64,000 nucleotides of DNA. Origin: a virus (lineage: Duplodnaviria; Caudoviricetes). A model generated the notes under the pieces. It saw only the letters and a list, made by a program, of their open reading frames with translations. It did no database searches and was not told the DNA's origin. Below are positions 33,153 through 42,265 of this stretch, piece after piece (position 1 is the stretch's first letter; every line of letters starts with the position of its first letter). The position numbers were made by a program, and so were the translations under genes. Where the stretch lies: positions 2,440 through 66,439 of IMG/VR virus record IMGVR_UViG_3300014205_000226, one strand, 5' to 3'.

Positions 33153-34549
33153 TACGCCGCCACAGCCCCCGTATGAATGTCGGTCTCGCCCATGGACCGA
33201 TGAAAGGCGAAGCCCTCCGCTGCTTTCACGTTGCCCACATACCCCATTTGATGGTGCCAACTGTCTGTTCCTGACAATGAGCGACAGCGCCGAATCACCA
33301 CGCCCGCTTCCTCGTGCACGTCGGAGCGCATCGGACGAATCACGGCGCGCTGCGTTTTCGCTTTCAGCGTGTGCAAGTGGCCGGTCAACCAGACGCGGCA
33401 TGTGGTCGCCGCCCATTCCTGTTTCGCCTCGTGCGCCATCAGCATCGGCAACTTGTCGTCCCGTTCCTTGTCGCCGTGCGTGAGTCCAATCAAACACGTC
33501 CCCCACTGCTGGTAGCTGCGTAGTCGGTCCGGATTACTGACGAGCACGTCCGACCCTTCATATATCGCGGCCAAGATTTCGCCGACGTGCCACGTGGTAA
33601 AAGTGTCATGGTTCCCAGGTTTTACCCAAATGGTCACCGGTGCAATGGCTCGCCAGCCCTCAATGATTTCACGACACAGCGCCACGCCCGCGCGAAACAC
33701 TTTCCGGTATCGGCCATCCACATCTTGCGGGGTGCCCGCCGTCGTTGTATTCGCCTGACTGTCCACATTGAAAAAGTCATCACCAATCACCAGCGCGATT
33801 CGCTCAGGCGACAACGCGGCCGCGCGCTGCATCAGGTGCCGATGCGATTGCCGCACGCGATCTAATGCGATCTGCAAGTCATAGTGTTCCGCGGTCTCTG
33901 GCGCCCATGCCAGCTTCCCGATATGCGGTTCGCCCATCGTGGCCACGTACAGGTAACCTGATTTAGTGCGGGTGCGTTTGAGTGGTGTCAGAGGACGCAC
34001 ACGCGCCGTGATACCGTCCAGCAATCCACTCGCGACTTCACTGTTAACTTGCGACTTTCTTTTTAACTGCGCCTTCACCTGATACAACGTGCGCGGCTCC
34101 GCTGTGGTGCCGCCGCCCCATGCGTTACACGTGTAAGACTCCACCGACCACACCGCCGCATCCACTTCGCAAATGGTCAGCAAGTCCTCCAGCGTGCGGA
34201 CGGGCTCAAACACCACTTGCGAGAGCGTCGCCGCCGCCCCGCCGTCCGACTCGCCCCAGCTCTTGCCGTGCGCGATCTTCGCCACCGCCGCATCCAACGG
34301 CGTTTTGCTTGCGCTGCCTAGCTTGCGGCCGTCGGCTCGGACGGTGGGTCTGCTTAACAGCCCGCGCGCCCGCAACACCTGCACCTTGTTCGAGACCCCA
34401 GTGAACGGGCGCCCTAACTGGCGCGCACACTCTGCATCACTTTCATTCGCCGCTTTGAGTGCGACCAGCCGCGCCACTTCCTCGTCAGTCCACTTCGGCG
34501 GTGCTTTTAGCCGTTCCAGATCCCGCGCGTCCCACGGGCGTTTCAGCAT
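33152..34549 (-). CDS. calcineurin-like metallophosphoesterase with N-terminal HTH
   Basis: GEPHIG, IGDDFFN, KPGNHD, THGD, GHLHT; N-terminal SDAECARQLGR. Confidence 0.85.
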   Translation of the reverse strand: MLKRPWDARDLERLKAPPKWTDEEVARLVALKAANESDAECARQLGRPFTGVSNKVQVLRARGLLSRPTVRADGRKLGSASKTPLDAAVAKIAHGKSWGESDGGAAATLSQVVFEPVRTLEDLLTICEVDAAVWSVESYTCNAWGGGTTAEPRTLYQVKAQLKRKSQVNSEVASGLLDGITARVRPLTPLKRTRTKSGYLYVATMGEPHIGKLAWAPETAEHYDLQIALDRVRQSHRHLMQRAAALSPERIALVIGDDFFNVDSQANTTTAGTPQDVDGRYRKVFRAGVALCREIIEGWRAIAPVTIWVKPGNHDTFTTWHVGEILAAIYEGSDVLVSNPDRLRSYQQWGTCLIGLTHGDKERDDKLPMLMAHEAKQEWAATTCRVWLTGHLHTLKAKTQRAVIRPMRSDVHEEAGVVIRRCRSLSGTDSWHHQMGYVGNVKAAEGFAFHRSMGETDIHTGAVAA

Positions 34550-34569
34550 AAGGTCATGGTCAGAGTAAC

Positions 34570-35022
34570 CTACACATACCGGGCAAATTGATACGCCCCT
34601 TTCCGGGGCCGCGACCGTTCAAACACGCCGATCCCGTCTGCGCTGCCATCGTCGTTGGTGTTGCCCTCAATCGTGCCGAAGCGGTCTTTTGCTACCCCAG
34701 TCACGAAGCCGACGTGGTACGCATCGGTGGGTGATCGCATCAGGAAGAACAGGTCGCCCGGTTGTGGGGCGGCCACAATAAACCCGCGCTTGGCACAATC
34801 TGCCAACATCTCATCACACCCTGCCGTCATTTTGAGCGGTGGCTTCCCGTCATACCACAGACTCAAAACAAACCCGACAAAGCACGCGCACCACGCGTCC
34901 CCAGGCTTGCCACCGCCCACGCGCTGGATGGCTTCGACCCATGGGCCGCGATTGGGGCCGCCAATCTCGCGGACGAAAGTGAATTGCTTGGCCCTCGCCA
35001 ATACGCCCTCGACGTTCGTCAT
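34570..35022 (-). CDS. CHAP-domain endolysin
   Basis: AWCACFV, PQPGDLF, YHVGFV, TIEGNT. Confidence 0.88.
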   Translation of the reverse strand: MTNVEGVLARAKQFTFVREIGGPNRGPWVEAIQRVGGGKPGDAWCACFVGFVLSLWYDGKPPLKMTAGCDEMLADCAKRGFIVAAPQPGDLFFLMRSPTDAYHVGFVTGVAKDRFGTIEGNTNDDGSADGIGVFERSRPRKGAYQFARYV

Positions 35023-35243
35023 GGCTCGGCCGCCGGCGCATGCTTACCGCTCACGTACGCATTGGCGCCGCTGAACGAGACAATGGCGCCGGTCTGCATT
35101 AACGCGTAACTGCCGACGATCCCGACAATGTGCACGGCCGCATCCGGTTTAAGGCAGACGGCAACCATCGCGCCAATTGAGACGCACCAATTCTGCCAGA
35201 GCGACAACCGCGTCAGATCGAACTTGCGGCCGGCGGTGCTCAC
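35019..35243 (-). CDS. holin-like protein
   Basis: Two transmembrane segments, directly upstream of the endolysin. Confidence 0.6.
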   Translation of the reverse strand: MSTAGRKFDLTRLSLWQNWCVSIGAMVAVCLKPDAAVHIVGIVGSYALMQTGAIVSFSGANAYVSGKHAPAAEP

Positions 35244-35548
35244 TGGTCTACCCGACCCTGCAGCTTCGCAATCGCGGTGGCGTGCTCCATGTTGACCTTC
35301 TGCTGGTCTGCCGACATCGCTTCGATCGCGTCCGTGTTCTCGCGCGTGCGCACGGACAGGTGTTCTACGCTGCCGGTCAGTTGGTTCAGTGCGGTCTCTG
35401 TTTTCTGGAATGCGGGCAATACCGTGGTGTTCACAAACCCTGCCATCCGCTTGCCAATCCACCGCGCGAACGCGACGGCCAGCCCGACAATTGCACCCGC
35501 CTTAAGAATCAGGTCGCCGTGATCTTTAATGAATTCAATGAGTACCAT
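35240..35548 (-). CDS. membrane-anchored coiled-coil lysis-region protein
   Basis: N-terminal TM segment then heptad-like region. Confidence 0.6.
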   Translation of the reverse strand: MVLIEFIKDHGDLILKAGAIVGLAVAFARWIGKRMAGFVNTTVLPAFQKTETALNQLTGSVEHLSVRTRENTDAIEAMSADQQKVNMEHATAIAKLQGRVDQ

Positions 35549-36510
35549 TACCCCTTCACCTCTCGCAATTTGTAACCGGTGGATTGCCGCGTCGTCCCGT
35601 GCGGGTACTGCATAGGCGTGAGTTCGTCGAACGTGCCCAAGATGGCGCGTTCGTGCTGCCACGTGTCGTCGACCGCGTGCAGGTAGAACACTTGCCCCGA
35701 TCGCCCCAACTGCCGCTTCATGCGCGACGCGCTGGTCATGGCTTCGCTTTCCATCATCTGCTGAATGCCGATGGTCGCGGTGCGCCGCGTCGGACGGTCA
35801 CTGTACAAATCAGAACCGCCGCGCATCGTGGTCCGGCTGGTGTCCGATTCCAGACCCCAGGTGACTTCGGTCAACGCACCGCCAGGCTGGTATGCGCCTG
35901 TGACTAATGCACGGTAGAAATCAATGAAGCCATCCTCGTTCAGCGTGTCATCCGCTTCGAATTGCCAATAGCGGGCGCTCACGGCCGCGCCCAACACCAC
36001 CACAAACGGCATACTCATGCCGTCCGCGTCTTCCAGCGAGACGCCCGAGGGCCACGTGTCGAGCCAGCCGGTGTTCACTTCTTCGGCGCTATAGTCTGAC
36101 GTGTTGGACCCGATCCAACGGCCGCGCGCGTTCACCGAAAGATTCGACTTCGGCAGCACCAGACACCGCACGCTCCGCACTTGCCCCAGATCAATCCGGA
36201 ACTTCGTGCTCGTGACCAGACAGTCGACGGTACGCGCGGGCAAGCTCAGGTCCGTGCTCTGGATATTGGCGACCGGTAGTCCAGCCTCGTAGCTCCCACC
36301 ACTCGCCACCGGTGTCACGCGGCTCGTCACGTCGGAATAGCACGGCCAACAGAACGTGGGCAGCGGCGTAACCACCACCCCGCTGTTGTCGACGGCGATA
36401 ATGAAATACATGCCGGCCGCCGCTTGGCGTTCGGCCGCAGTGTCAATGCCCCCGCTCGGCGTCGGCCCAACGCCAACTAAAGCGCGGCGTTGGGCGGCAG
36501 TCTGTGCCAT
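35548..36510 (-). CDS. putative tail-tip protein
   Basis: Beta-rich; SARYWQFEADD..GFID..RALV pattern; last gene of the tail module. Confidence 0.55.
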   Translation of the reverse strand: MAQTAAQRRALVGVGPTPSGGIDTAAERQAAAGMYFIIAVDNSGVVVTPLPTFCWPCYSDVTSRVTPVASGGSYEAGLPVANIQSTDLSLPARTVDCLVTSTKFRIDLGQVRSVRCLVLPKSNLSVNARGRWIGSNTSDYSAEEVNTGWLDTWPSGVSLEDADGMSMPFVVVLGAAVSARYWQFEADDTLNEDGFIDFYRALVTGAYQPGGALTEVTWGLESDTSRTTMRGGSDLYSDRPTRRTATIGIQQMMESEAMTSASRMKRQLGRSGQVFYLHAVDDTWQHERAILGTFDELTPMQYPHGTTRQSTGYKLREVKG

Positions 36511-37103
36511 TACGCGTCCGCGCCCTTCGTGAACGTGGTGCCGTCGTCCGCGAGGGTGGAGGTGGCCAGCGTAGTAGACCCGTCCGCACGCATCAGCGTT
36601 TCCGTGGTGGCCGTCACCGTCCGCTTATTGCGCAAGCGGTGGAAGATGTAGCCGATCTGTTGCAACAGGCTGGCGTTATTCACGGCGGGCACGCTGGTCT
36701 GTTGCGCCACCGCGCTCACGTCCACGCCGCCCAGTTCGGCGGTGTTGGTGTCGAGTTTGTCCGTGCCGGCGAACAAGGCATCGAACACGTTCGCGGAGTA
36801 CACGGTGCACCATTGCCAGTGCGGCAAGCAGTTGGCGTCCGTGAATTTGACGAGCAGCGAGCCGAGCGTGTTCGTATCGGTTGCATCCAGCACAATCCGG
36901 TAATACCCATCGGAGTCGTGCACACTGGTTGTGACGGTCGCGTGACGGATGGCGAGTGCGGCGCCCGCTTTCGACAGAATGACGCCACTACTCGCGTGGT
37001 CCAACGCCGTCGCGAGTGACACTTCCGAAGTCACACCGTCCGTTGCGTCGACCAGCGGCCCAAAGATGATCGTCTTTGAGGTGCTTTGCTTCAAGGGGAT
37101 CAT
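36510..37103 (-). CDS. putative virion structural protein
   Basis: Thr/Ser/Ala-rich, within the tail-tip operon. Confidence 0.6.
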   Translation of the reverse strand: MIPLKQSTSKTIIFGPLVDATDGVTSEVSLATALDHASSGVILSKAGAALAIRHATVTTSVHDSDGYYRIVLDATDTNTLGSLLVKFTDANCLPHWQWCTVYSANVFDALFAGTDKLDTNTAELGGVDVSAVAQQTSVPAVNNASLLQQIGYIFHRLRNKRTVTATTETLMRADGSTTLATSTLADDGTTFTKGADA

Positions 37104-37206
37104 TGGTTCCGCAGTTTAGAGTAATGCGCTTGTTTGCGCGCAATGTTGTAGGAGGGGGCGGCGCCACCGAACAGTCCGAGCAAGAGGTACCATGTAATCC
37201 ATCCCA

Positions 37207-38115
37207 TTAGGCTTCTCCGCGGCGACGGGCCGCAATCCAATCGTAGAACCCGGTATGACTCAACGCGTACCAGTTGGACGCCACCGTCTGGTGATCACGG
37301 CCGGTGTATTTGATCTGCACGTGCTTTTCTGTGGTCGCGAACGACGGGTGCGCCGTGCTGGTGGTGTAGCGCGTGACCGTGTGCCCCGCCGATTCAATCG
37401 CAGTCATGGTGTCCTCGATTTCGTCGCCAATGCCTAAGTCATACATTTCTTGCGAGCCCACGATAATGTGTGGCGTGCCACCTGCGAGACGCGCGTATTC
37501 CGCTTGCGCCAGCGCTTTCGTGCTGAAACTCGGGTCCATCAATTCAGAGCTTGGCGGATTGTTCGCTTCCTGTCCCGTCGTGTCCGCGCCCATGTTGTTG
37601 TACGTGACGTACTGGTCGAGAATCACGACGCCAGCAAAGAATCCTGGCAACTGGTAATTGTTCTGATATGCGAACGCGCCACCGGCCGAATGGCCCATCA
37701 GGATAGCGCGGTTCAAATCCAGTGAGTATTCCGCTGCGTCTGCTTTGAGCAGTTCCCAGAACGCGCGGCGCCCGATCGGCCCAGCCGGATACTCCGCACC
37801 ACCGGGCATATGCACACACAATACGGCCCAGCCGAACGTTGTCGCGTTCGCGATCACGATATCTGCCGCGAAGTGTGCGGCAACGTGACTGGTGTTGTTG
37901 CAGATGCTTGGTACGGCCGACGTGCCTTTCACATCCGGAGCGCCTGTGTACCACACAATCAACGGCACGCGGACGCCGGGCCGTGAATTGCGTGGCATGA
38001 ACAGTTTACGAGGGACGTTCCATGTACCGGTGGTGTAGGCGGCCGAATATGTCCGGTCTGCCACCCAGCCACCGGTGGTAGCATAGCGTGTTGTTTTACC
38101 GCGCAATGCCAGCAT
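37207..38115 (-). CDS. alpha/beta-hydrolase (esterase-like) in the tail-tip module
   Basis: Nucleophile elbow LMGHSAGG; YSLDLNRAIL; C-terminal GRDHQ. Confidence 0.8.
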   Translation of the reverse strand: MLALRGKTTRYATTGGWVADRTYSAAYTTGTWNVPRKLFMPRNSRPGVRVPLIVWYTGAPDVKGTSAVPSICNNTSHVAAHFAADIVIANATTFGWAVLCVHMPGGAEYPAGPIGRRAFWELLKADAAEYSLDLNRAILMGHSAGGAFAYQNNYQLPGFFAGVVILDQYVTYNNMGADTTGQEANNPPSSELMDPSFSTKALAQAEYARLAGGTPHIIVGSQEMYDLGIGDEIEDTMTAIESAGHTVTRYTTSTAHPSFATTEKHVQIKYTGRDHQTVASNWYALSHTGFYDWIAARRRGEA

Positions 38116-38858
38116 TACGGTGTATCGTCGTACAGGTGGCCGATGAACGTGAGCGATACGCGTGGCGCGTTCGTCGTCGTGTTCCACGTGACATTGAGTT
38201 CAACCGATGCACCAATCCGCGTATCTGCGGGGAACTCCCAGCCATCGCCACCGAGTGACGGGACCGGGAGAGCAATCACGCTGTAGGCAACTGTTCCGTA
38301 GCTTGCCGCCGTCAGCAGTTGCCGGGGCGAACTGGTTGAAATGCTGCCAGAAGTCGCGGCACGCAACGTAACAATCGCACCGCCTGCGGTCGTGTGCCCA
38401 CTCGGGAACGTGAGAACGCCTACAATGCTCACCACCCGCAACCGCTTGCCAGTTGGTACGATGTAGTTCGCGCCCGTGCCCGTATCGACCGCGCCGCCAT
38501 CTACGGTGAACACCCAGCCGGAACCAATCACGGTGTCCGCGGTCGCAGTGGTGGCGAAGTTGTACACGCCGAACGTGACATCTGTGCGACTGTTCTCGCT
38601 CAGTTTCTTGGTAAGCGAAACAGCCGTGGTGTTCGTCACCGCGTTCTTGATCGCTTCCAGTTCCAGCGCCGCCGCTTTCTCGATCGCAATCAGCGTACTT
38701 GACGCGTCCGACAGATTCCATGCGGCGGCATCCTGCTGCCCCATGACTTCGTTGCCGTCGGCATCGTACAGAATGGACTTCGGGTACAGCACGCCGCCGA
38801 TATCTTTCGCGGCCAGCGTCGCACCAGACCCAGGTGTTGCGGCAATATTATCAGCCAT
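38115..38858 (-). CDS. putative tail fibre-associated protein
   Basis: MADNIAATPGSGATLAAKDIGGV N-terminus; beta-rich C-terminus. Confidence 0.6.
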   Translation of the reverse strand: MADNIAATPGSGATLAAKDIGGVLYPKSILYDADGNEVMGQQDAAAWNLSDASSTLIAIEKAAALELEAIKNAVTNTTAVSLTKKLSENSRTDVTFGVYNFATTATADTVIGSGWVFTVDGGAVDTGTGANYIVPTGKRLRVVSIVGVLTFPSGHTTAGGAIVTLRAATSGSISTSSPRQLLTAASYGTVAYSVIALPVPSLGGDGWEFPADTRIGASVELNVTWNTTTNAPRVSLTFIGHLYDDTP

Positions 38859-40604
38859 TTATTTCTTCCGTAATTGAGTGGTATCGGCGCCGAGTGCATT
38901 GCCCAATTGGTTCGGCGAGTAGTCTTGTGCACGTGCGCCCGGCAGGGTGTTTCTTTGGAATAGGCCGCCGGGCATGAAGACATTGAGCGTGGCGGAACCC
39001 GGCCCCGTGCCATTGCCCGTCAGCACATAGCTGGACGCGGGGAAAATGTTGTCCGTGATCGTGGTACGCACGCCCGGCTTGCCATCAAATGAAATGGCCT
39101 TTTGCATTTGGCAATTGCACAGAAAGGTGTTGCGGTCAATGCTCACGTCAACCAAATCGCCCAGCAATTGCACGGCCATGCTGGCGGTGTTTTGGAACGG
39201 GTCTTTCCCAACGTCGTTGAAGAGGTTGTTTTGCAATAGGATGCGGCTGGTCGGGTTGGTGGGTAGGATGCCACCACCGTACGCCACGCGCCCTAGTATG
39301 TTGATGCCGCTGGTGCTGTTTTCGATGCGGTTGTTGCGAATGGTCACGTCCGCTACCGTCGTCCAACCCCACGCGGTGTTGTTATCGGACAACGTTTGCA
39401 GCAGAATGGCGAAACCGGTCTGCGCGTCGGCCCAATGATTCTGAATCAAATTCCCAGAAAACAACACGCGCCGTGCGTGCTTCAATTCGAATGCGGCTTT
39501 CACTGTCCATTTGCCACGGCCCCAGCTTAGCGGCTTGGTGATTTGGTTGTTCGTGATTGTAATGTCTGACGGGCTGACGTTCGGAATCCGCGGGTCAGCG
39601 CCGCCGAACATCACGCCTTGGCCGCTGGCTTCGATCACGTTGCCGCTAATCAGAAACGGGCCCGGTCCATTCCATCCGCCCACGCCTTGCGCGTCTGCGC
39701 CTTTGGCGTGGCATTCGGTCAATGCTGAATTGGTGACCGCTAACCGGATGCCATTGAACGCGATGCAGCGCCGAGTCTGTGCCGTAGCGGTTGAGTGCAC
39801 TAACACAGAATCGAGCCAAATACCGGACGGTAAGCTGGCTAGCGTACTCTCGTCACCACGCCCCAACACGACAATGCCGTAGTTGTGGTAGCCTTCTGCG
39901 TTGGCCGGTGGGTTATGTGCAATATCGAGACCGCGCAGCAACCAGTTAGACGCGCCGGGCGCTGTGCGGATGGCGGCTTCGGTGTTCTGTGTTTCGATGC
40001 GGCACGCGTGCAGCATGGCACAGCGGATTGTGCGGCCGTTCCCTTGCAGCACGTAATTGCCAACCCATACGCCCGCAGCCAATTCCAGCACGTCGCCCGC
40101 TTGCGAGCCATTGATGGCCGCCTGCAAGTCCGCATCGACCGCAACGGGCACCACGCGTGTTATTGATGGTGCGTGGGGTTGGAACACAGCAGGCAAAGCG
40201 GGAATAACGAATGGGCTTGTTCCCGTTTGTGCGGTGTCCGGTGGTGCGACTGCGGTGTCTACGGGAACGGGCGGGGGCGGCACATTCGGCAACGCCCCCA
40301 GCAACACACTCGCCGCCGCTTGCCACTTGTACGGCAGCAACCGCACCACCACGCTCTGCTGCGTCAGTTGCTTGCGGACGCGCAAGGTATCCACCGCACG
40401 CGCGGGCACGGTACGTACCACCACCAGCCCGCCCCATTTCCATTCCACCGCCAGCGAGTCGGGGCACGCGGTGGTGCAACGGGGCAGGGTGGTAATAACC
40501 AAGGCCGAGTCGGTGCCCTTGTCGATGGTGCGCAATGTTTGCGCGTGGGCAGCGCCGTGTATAAACACTAGCGCCAGCGCCAACCACACAAAGCGCTTAG
40601 ACAT
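38859..40604 (-). CDS. right-handed beta-helix (pectin lyase-like) protein with Sec signal peptide
   Basis: MSKRFVWLALALVFIHGAAHA-Q; Pro-rich linker; LQAAIN..GDVLELAAG; repeated ITNN/IRNN/LQNN strands. Confidence 0.82.
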   Translation of the reverse strand: MSKRFVWLALALVFIHGAAHAQTLRTIDKGTDSALVITTLPRCTTACPDSLAVEWKWGGLVVVRTVPARAVDTLRVRKQLTQQSVVVRLLPYKWQAAASVLLGALPNVPPPPVPVDTAVAPPDTAQTGTSPFVIPALPAVFQPHAPSITRVVPVAVDADLQAAINGSQAGDVLELAAGVWVGNYVLQGNGRTIRCAMLHACRIETQNTEAAIRTAPGASNWLLRGLDIAHNPPANAEGYHNYGIVVLGRGDESTLASLPSGIWLDSVLVHSTATAQTRRCIAFNGIRLAVTNSALTECHAKGADAQGVGGWNGPGPFLISGNVIEASGQGVMFGGADPRIPNVSPSDITITNNQITKPLSWGRGKWTVKAAFELKHARRVLFSGNLIQNHWADAQTGFAILLQTLSDNNTAWGWTTVADVTIRNNRIENSTSGINILGRVAYGGGILPTNPTSRILLQNNLFNDVGKDPFQNTASMAVQLLGDLVDVSIDRNTFLCNCQMQKAISFDGKPGVRTTITDNIFPASSYVLTGNGTGPGSATLNVFMPGGLFQRNTLPGARAQDYSPNQLGNALGADTTQLRKK

Positions 40605-41361
40605 CGAACACCAAATCGACGAAGCCGGCGGAACCTGCGCCGCCTGCAGAAGCGTTGCTACCGTCAGCGCCTGCACCACCACCACCGGCGCCGCTATTCG
40701 CAACGGCGGCCGCGACACCAGAGACACCGGACAGGTTACCGCTCCCACCAGCGCCGCCAGCGCCTTTGAACGTCGAACCGCCACCACCACCACCACCGTA
40801 TGTGGTGTTTGCAGCGCCTCCAGCTCCACCAACCATCAAGTCCTGCGTGCCGCCAATGGTGCCACCGACACCGTTACCGCCAGCGCCGCCAGCGGGGCCG
40901 ACGTATTGCGTGACACCTTGCAGCGATGTGACCGAAGCGCCCGCGCTGGCTGGCGCGGTGCCCGCCGCGATGCCACCGGGCCCACCAGGTAGCACAATAT
41001 TGACGCCCGGTCCCACAATCGAAGTGGAGCCACCTGCCGTGCCATTGCTGGTCCATGCTCCGCCACCGCCAGCCGCGCCAATCGTGATAACGTACGCACC
41101 GGGGAACACACGGAGCGTACCGAGAATTGTAGAACCCGCACTACCACCACTCGCGCCAACGGTTGCGGAGTTACCGCCGCCGCCACCACCGCCACCGGCC
41201 CCCGCTCTGATTTCGACGGTCGTAACACCGTACGGGAAATACACCGTGCGCGAGGACGTAACCTGCAACAACCGCCGCACCTTCTGCCGCGGCTTTGGCC
41301 CCGGGAACGACGTACGCTTCGCGGGATGCGTCTCTGGTGAATCCGGCAGAGAGCAGCTCAT
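40597..41361 (-). CDS. glycine-rich tail fibre-type protein
   Basis: Repeated GGGGG/GAGG tracts; GGAGSAGFVDLVF C-terminus. Confidence 0.8.
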   Translation of the reverse strand: MSCSLPDSPETHPAKRTSFPGPKPRQKVRRLLQVTSSRTVYFPYGVTTVEIRAGAGGGGGGGGNSATVGASGGSAGSTILGTLRVFPGAYVITIGAAGGGGAWTSNGTAGGSTSIVGPGVNIVLPGGPGGIAAGTAPASAGASVTSLQGVTQYVGPAGGAGGNGVGGTIGGTQDLMVGGAGGAANTTYGGGGGGGSTFKGAGGAGGSGNLSGVSGVAAAVANSGAGGGGAGADGSNASAGGAGSAGFVDLVFDV

Positions 41362-41801
41362 AGCGCGGTGAAGCTGGCGGCCACGCCGGTGAACGCCCAA
41401 CCGCCAGAAACAGCGGTGCCGAGACACACGTTGATCTTGTAGCCCGCGGGCAAATCAATGCCGCCCGCGAAACCGGCTTCTGCCAACAGATCAATCGGGT
41501 ACGGCGTGATGGGTGCGCTGTTTGATGCGGTCGTGACCGGCAACGGAACGTCACCGATCAGCGTGTTATTGCCTGCGGTCGCGTTGGTGCTGCCGTTGTT
41601 GATGAACACACGCGCGACGGTCGCGACATTCGAACCGGCCGCTAAGGCCATCACGGCATCGCACCGCCCGCCATTCGTGGCGGCGGCGGTGAATACGGTC
41701 AAGACGGTGCCGGTTCCATCGGTGTTGGTGTTCGCCGCGGTGAGTGAGCCCCACGCGCATTGTGGTTGTCCTGCGAATACTGGTGCGGTATTGACTGCCA
41801 T
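41358..41801 (-). CDS. small virion structural protein
   Basis: MAVNTAPVF..TNTDGTGTV..VARVFINNG. Confidence 0.65.
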   Translation of the reverse strand: MAVNTAPVFAGQPQCAWGSLTAANTNTDGTGTVLTVFTAAATNGGRCDAVMALAAGSNVATVARVFINNGSTNATAGNNTLIGDVPLPVTTASNSAPITPYPIDLLAEAGFAGGIDLPAGYKINVCLGTAVSGGWAFTGVAASFTAL

Positions 41802-41860
41802 TTAGTGCGTCCCCTTCGGCATGTACATTCCATGCCACTGAAAATTGACTAACGATTTCC

Positions 41861-42265
41861 CTACAACGCGTACTCTTCCGCCAGAAACAATGTCGCGCGC
41901 GGCGCCGACGCGGCCGGTGCGCTGGCTGTGATCACGCCACCGCTGATCGTGATACCGGAACCGGCCGCAATCTCGGCCGGTGTGCCGGTGCCATCCATCC
42001 CGACCAACGTGTTCGCCGTCCCATGCGTCAGTTCTGGCAACCCGACGACGTTGTTCGCAATCTGTGTCGCGAACGAACTGCCCAAGACGCCGCTGAACGT
42101 GACGTCACCCGTTGCGACAACCCCGCCTAATCCGGTGCGGATCTGATACAGTTGCACCTTCTTGCTGTCACCGCCCGCGGTCTCCATCTCAAACGACACG
42201 CCGTCAACTACATCCGGCGTATCCGCCTGGTCTAAATCCGCAATCCGTACAATGCTTTCACTCAT
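41861..42265 (-). CDS. putative tail fibre proximal protein
   Basis: Follows the hub gene; VATGDVT..TQIANNVV. Confidence 0.55.
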   Translation of the reverse strand: MSESIVRIADLDQADTPDVVDGVSFEMETAGGDSKKVQLYQIRTGLGGVVATGDVTFSGVLGSSFATQIANNVVGLPELTHGTANTLVGMDGTGTPAEIAAGSGITISGGVITASAPAASAPRATLFLAEEYAL

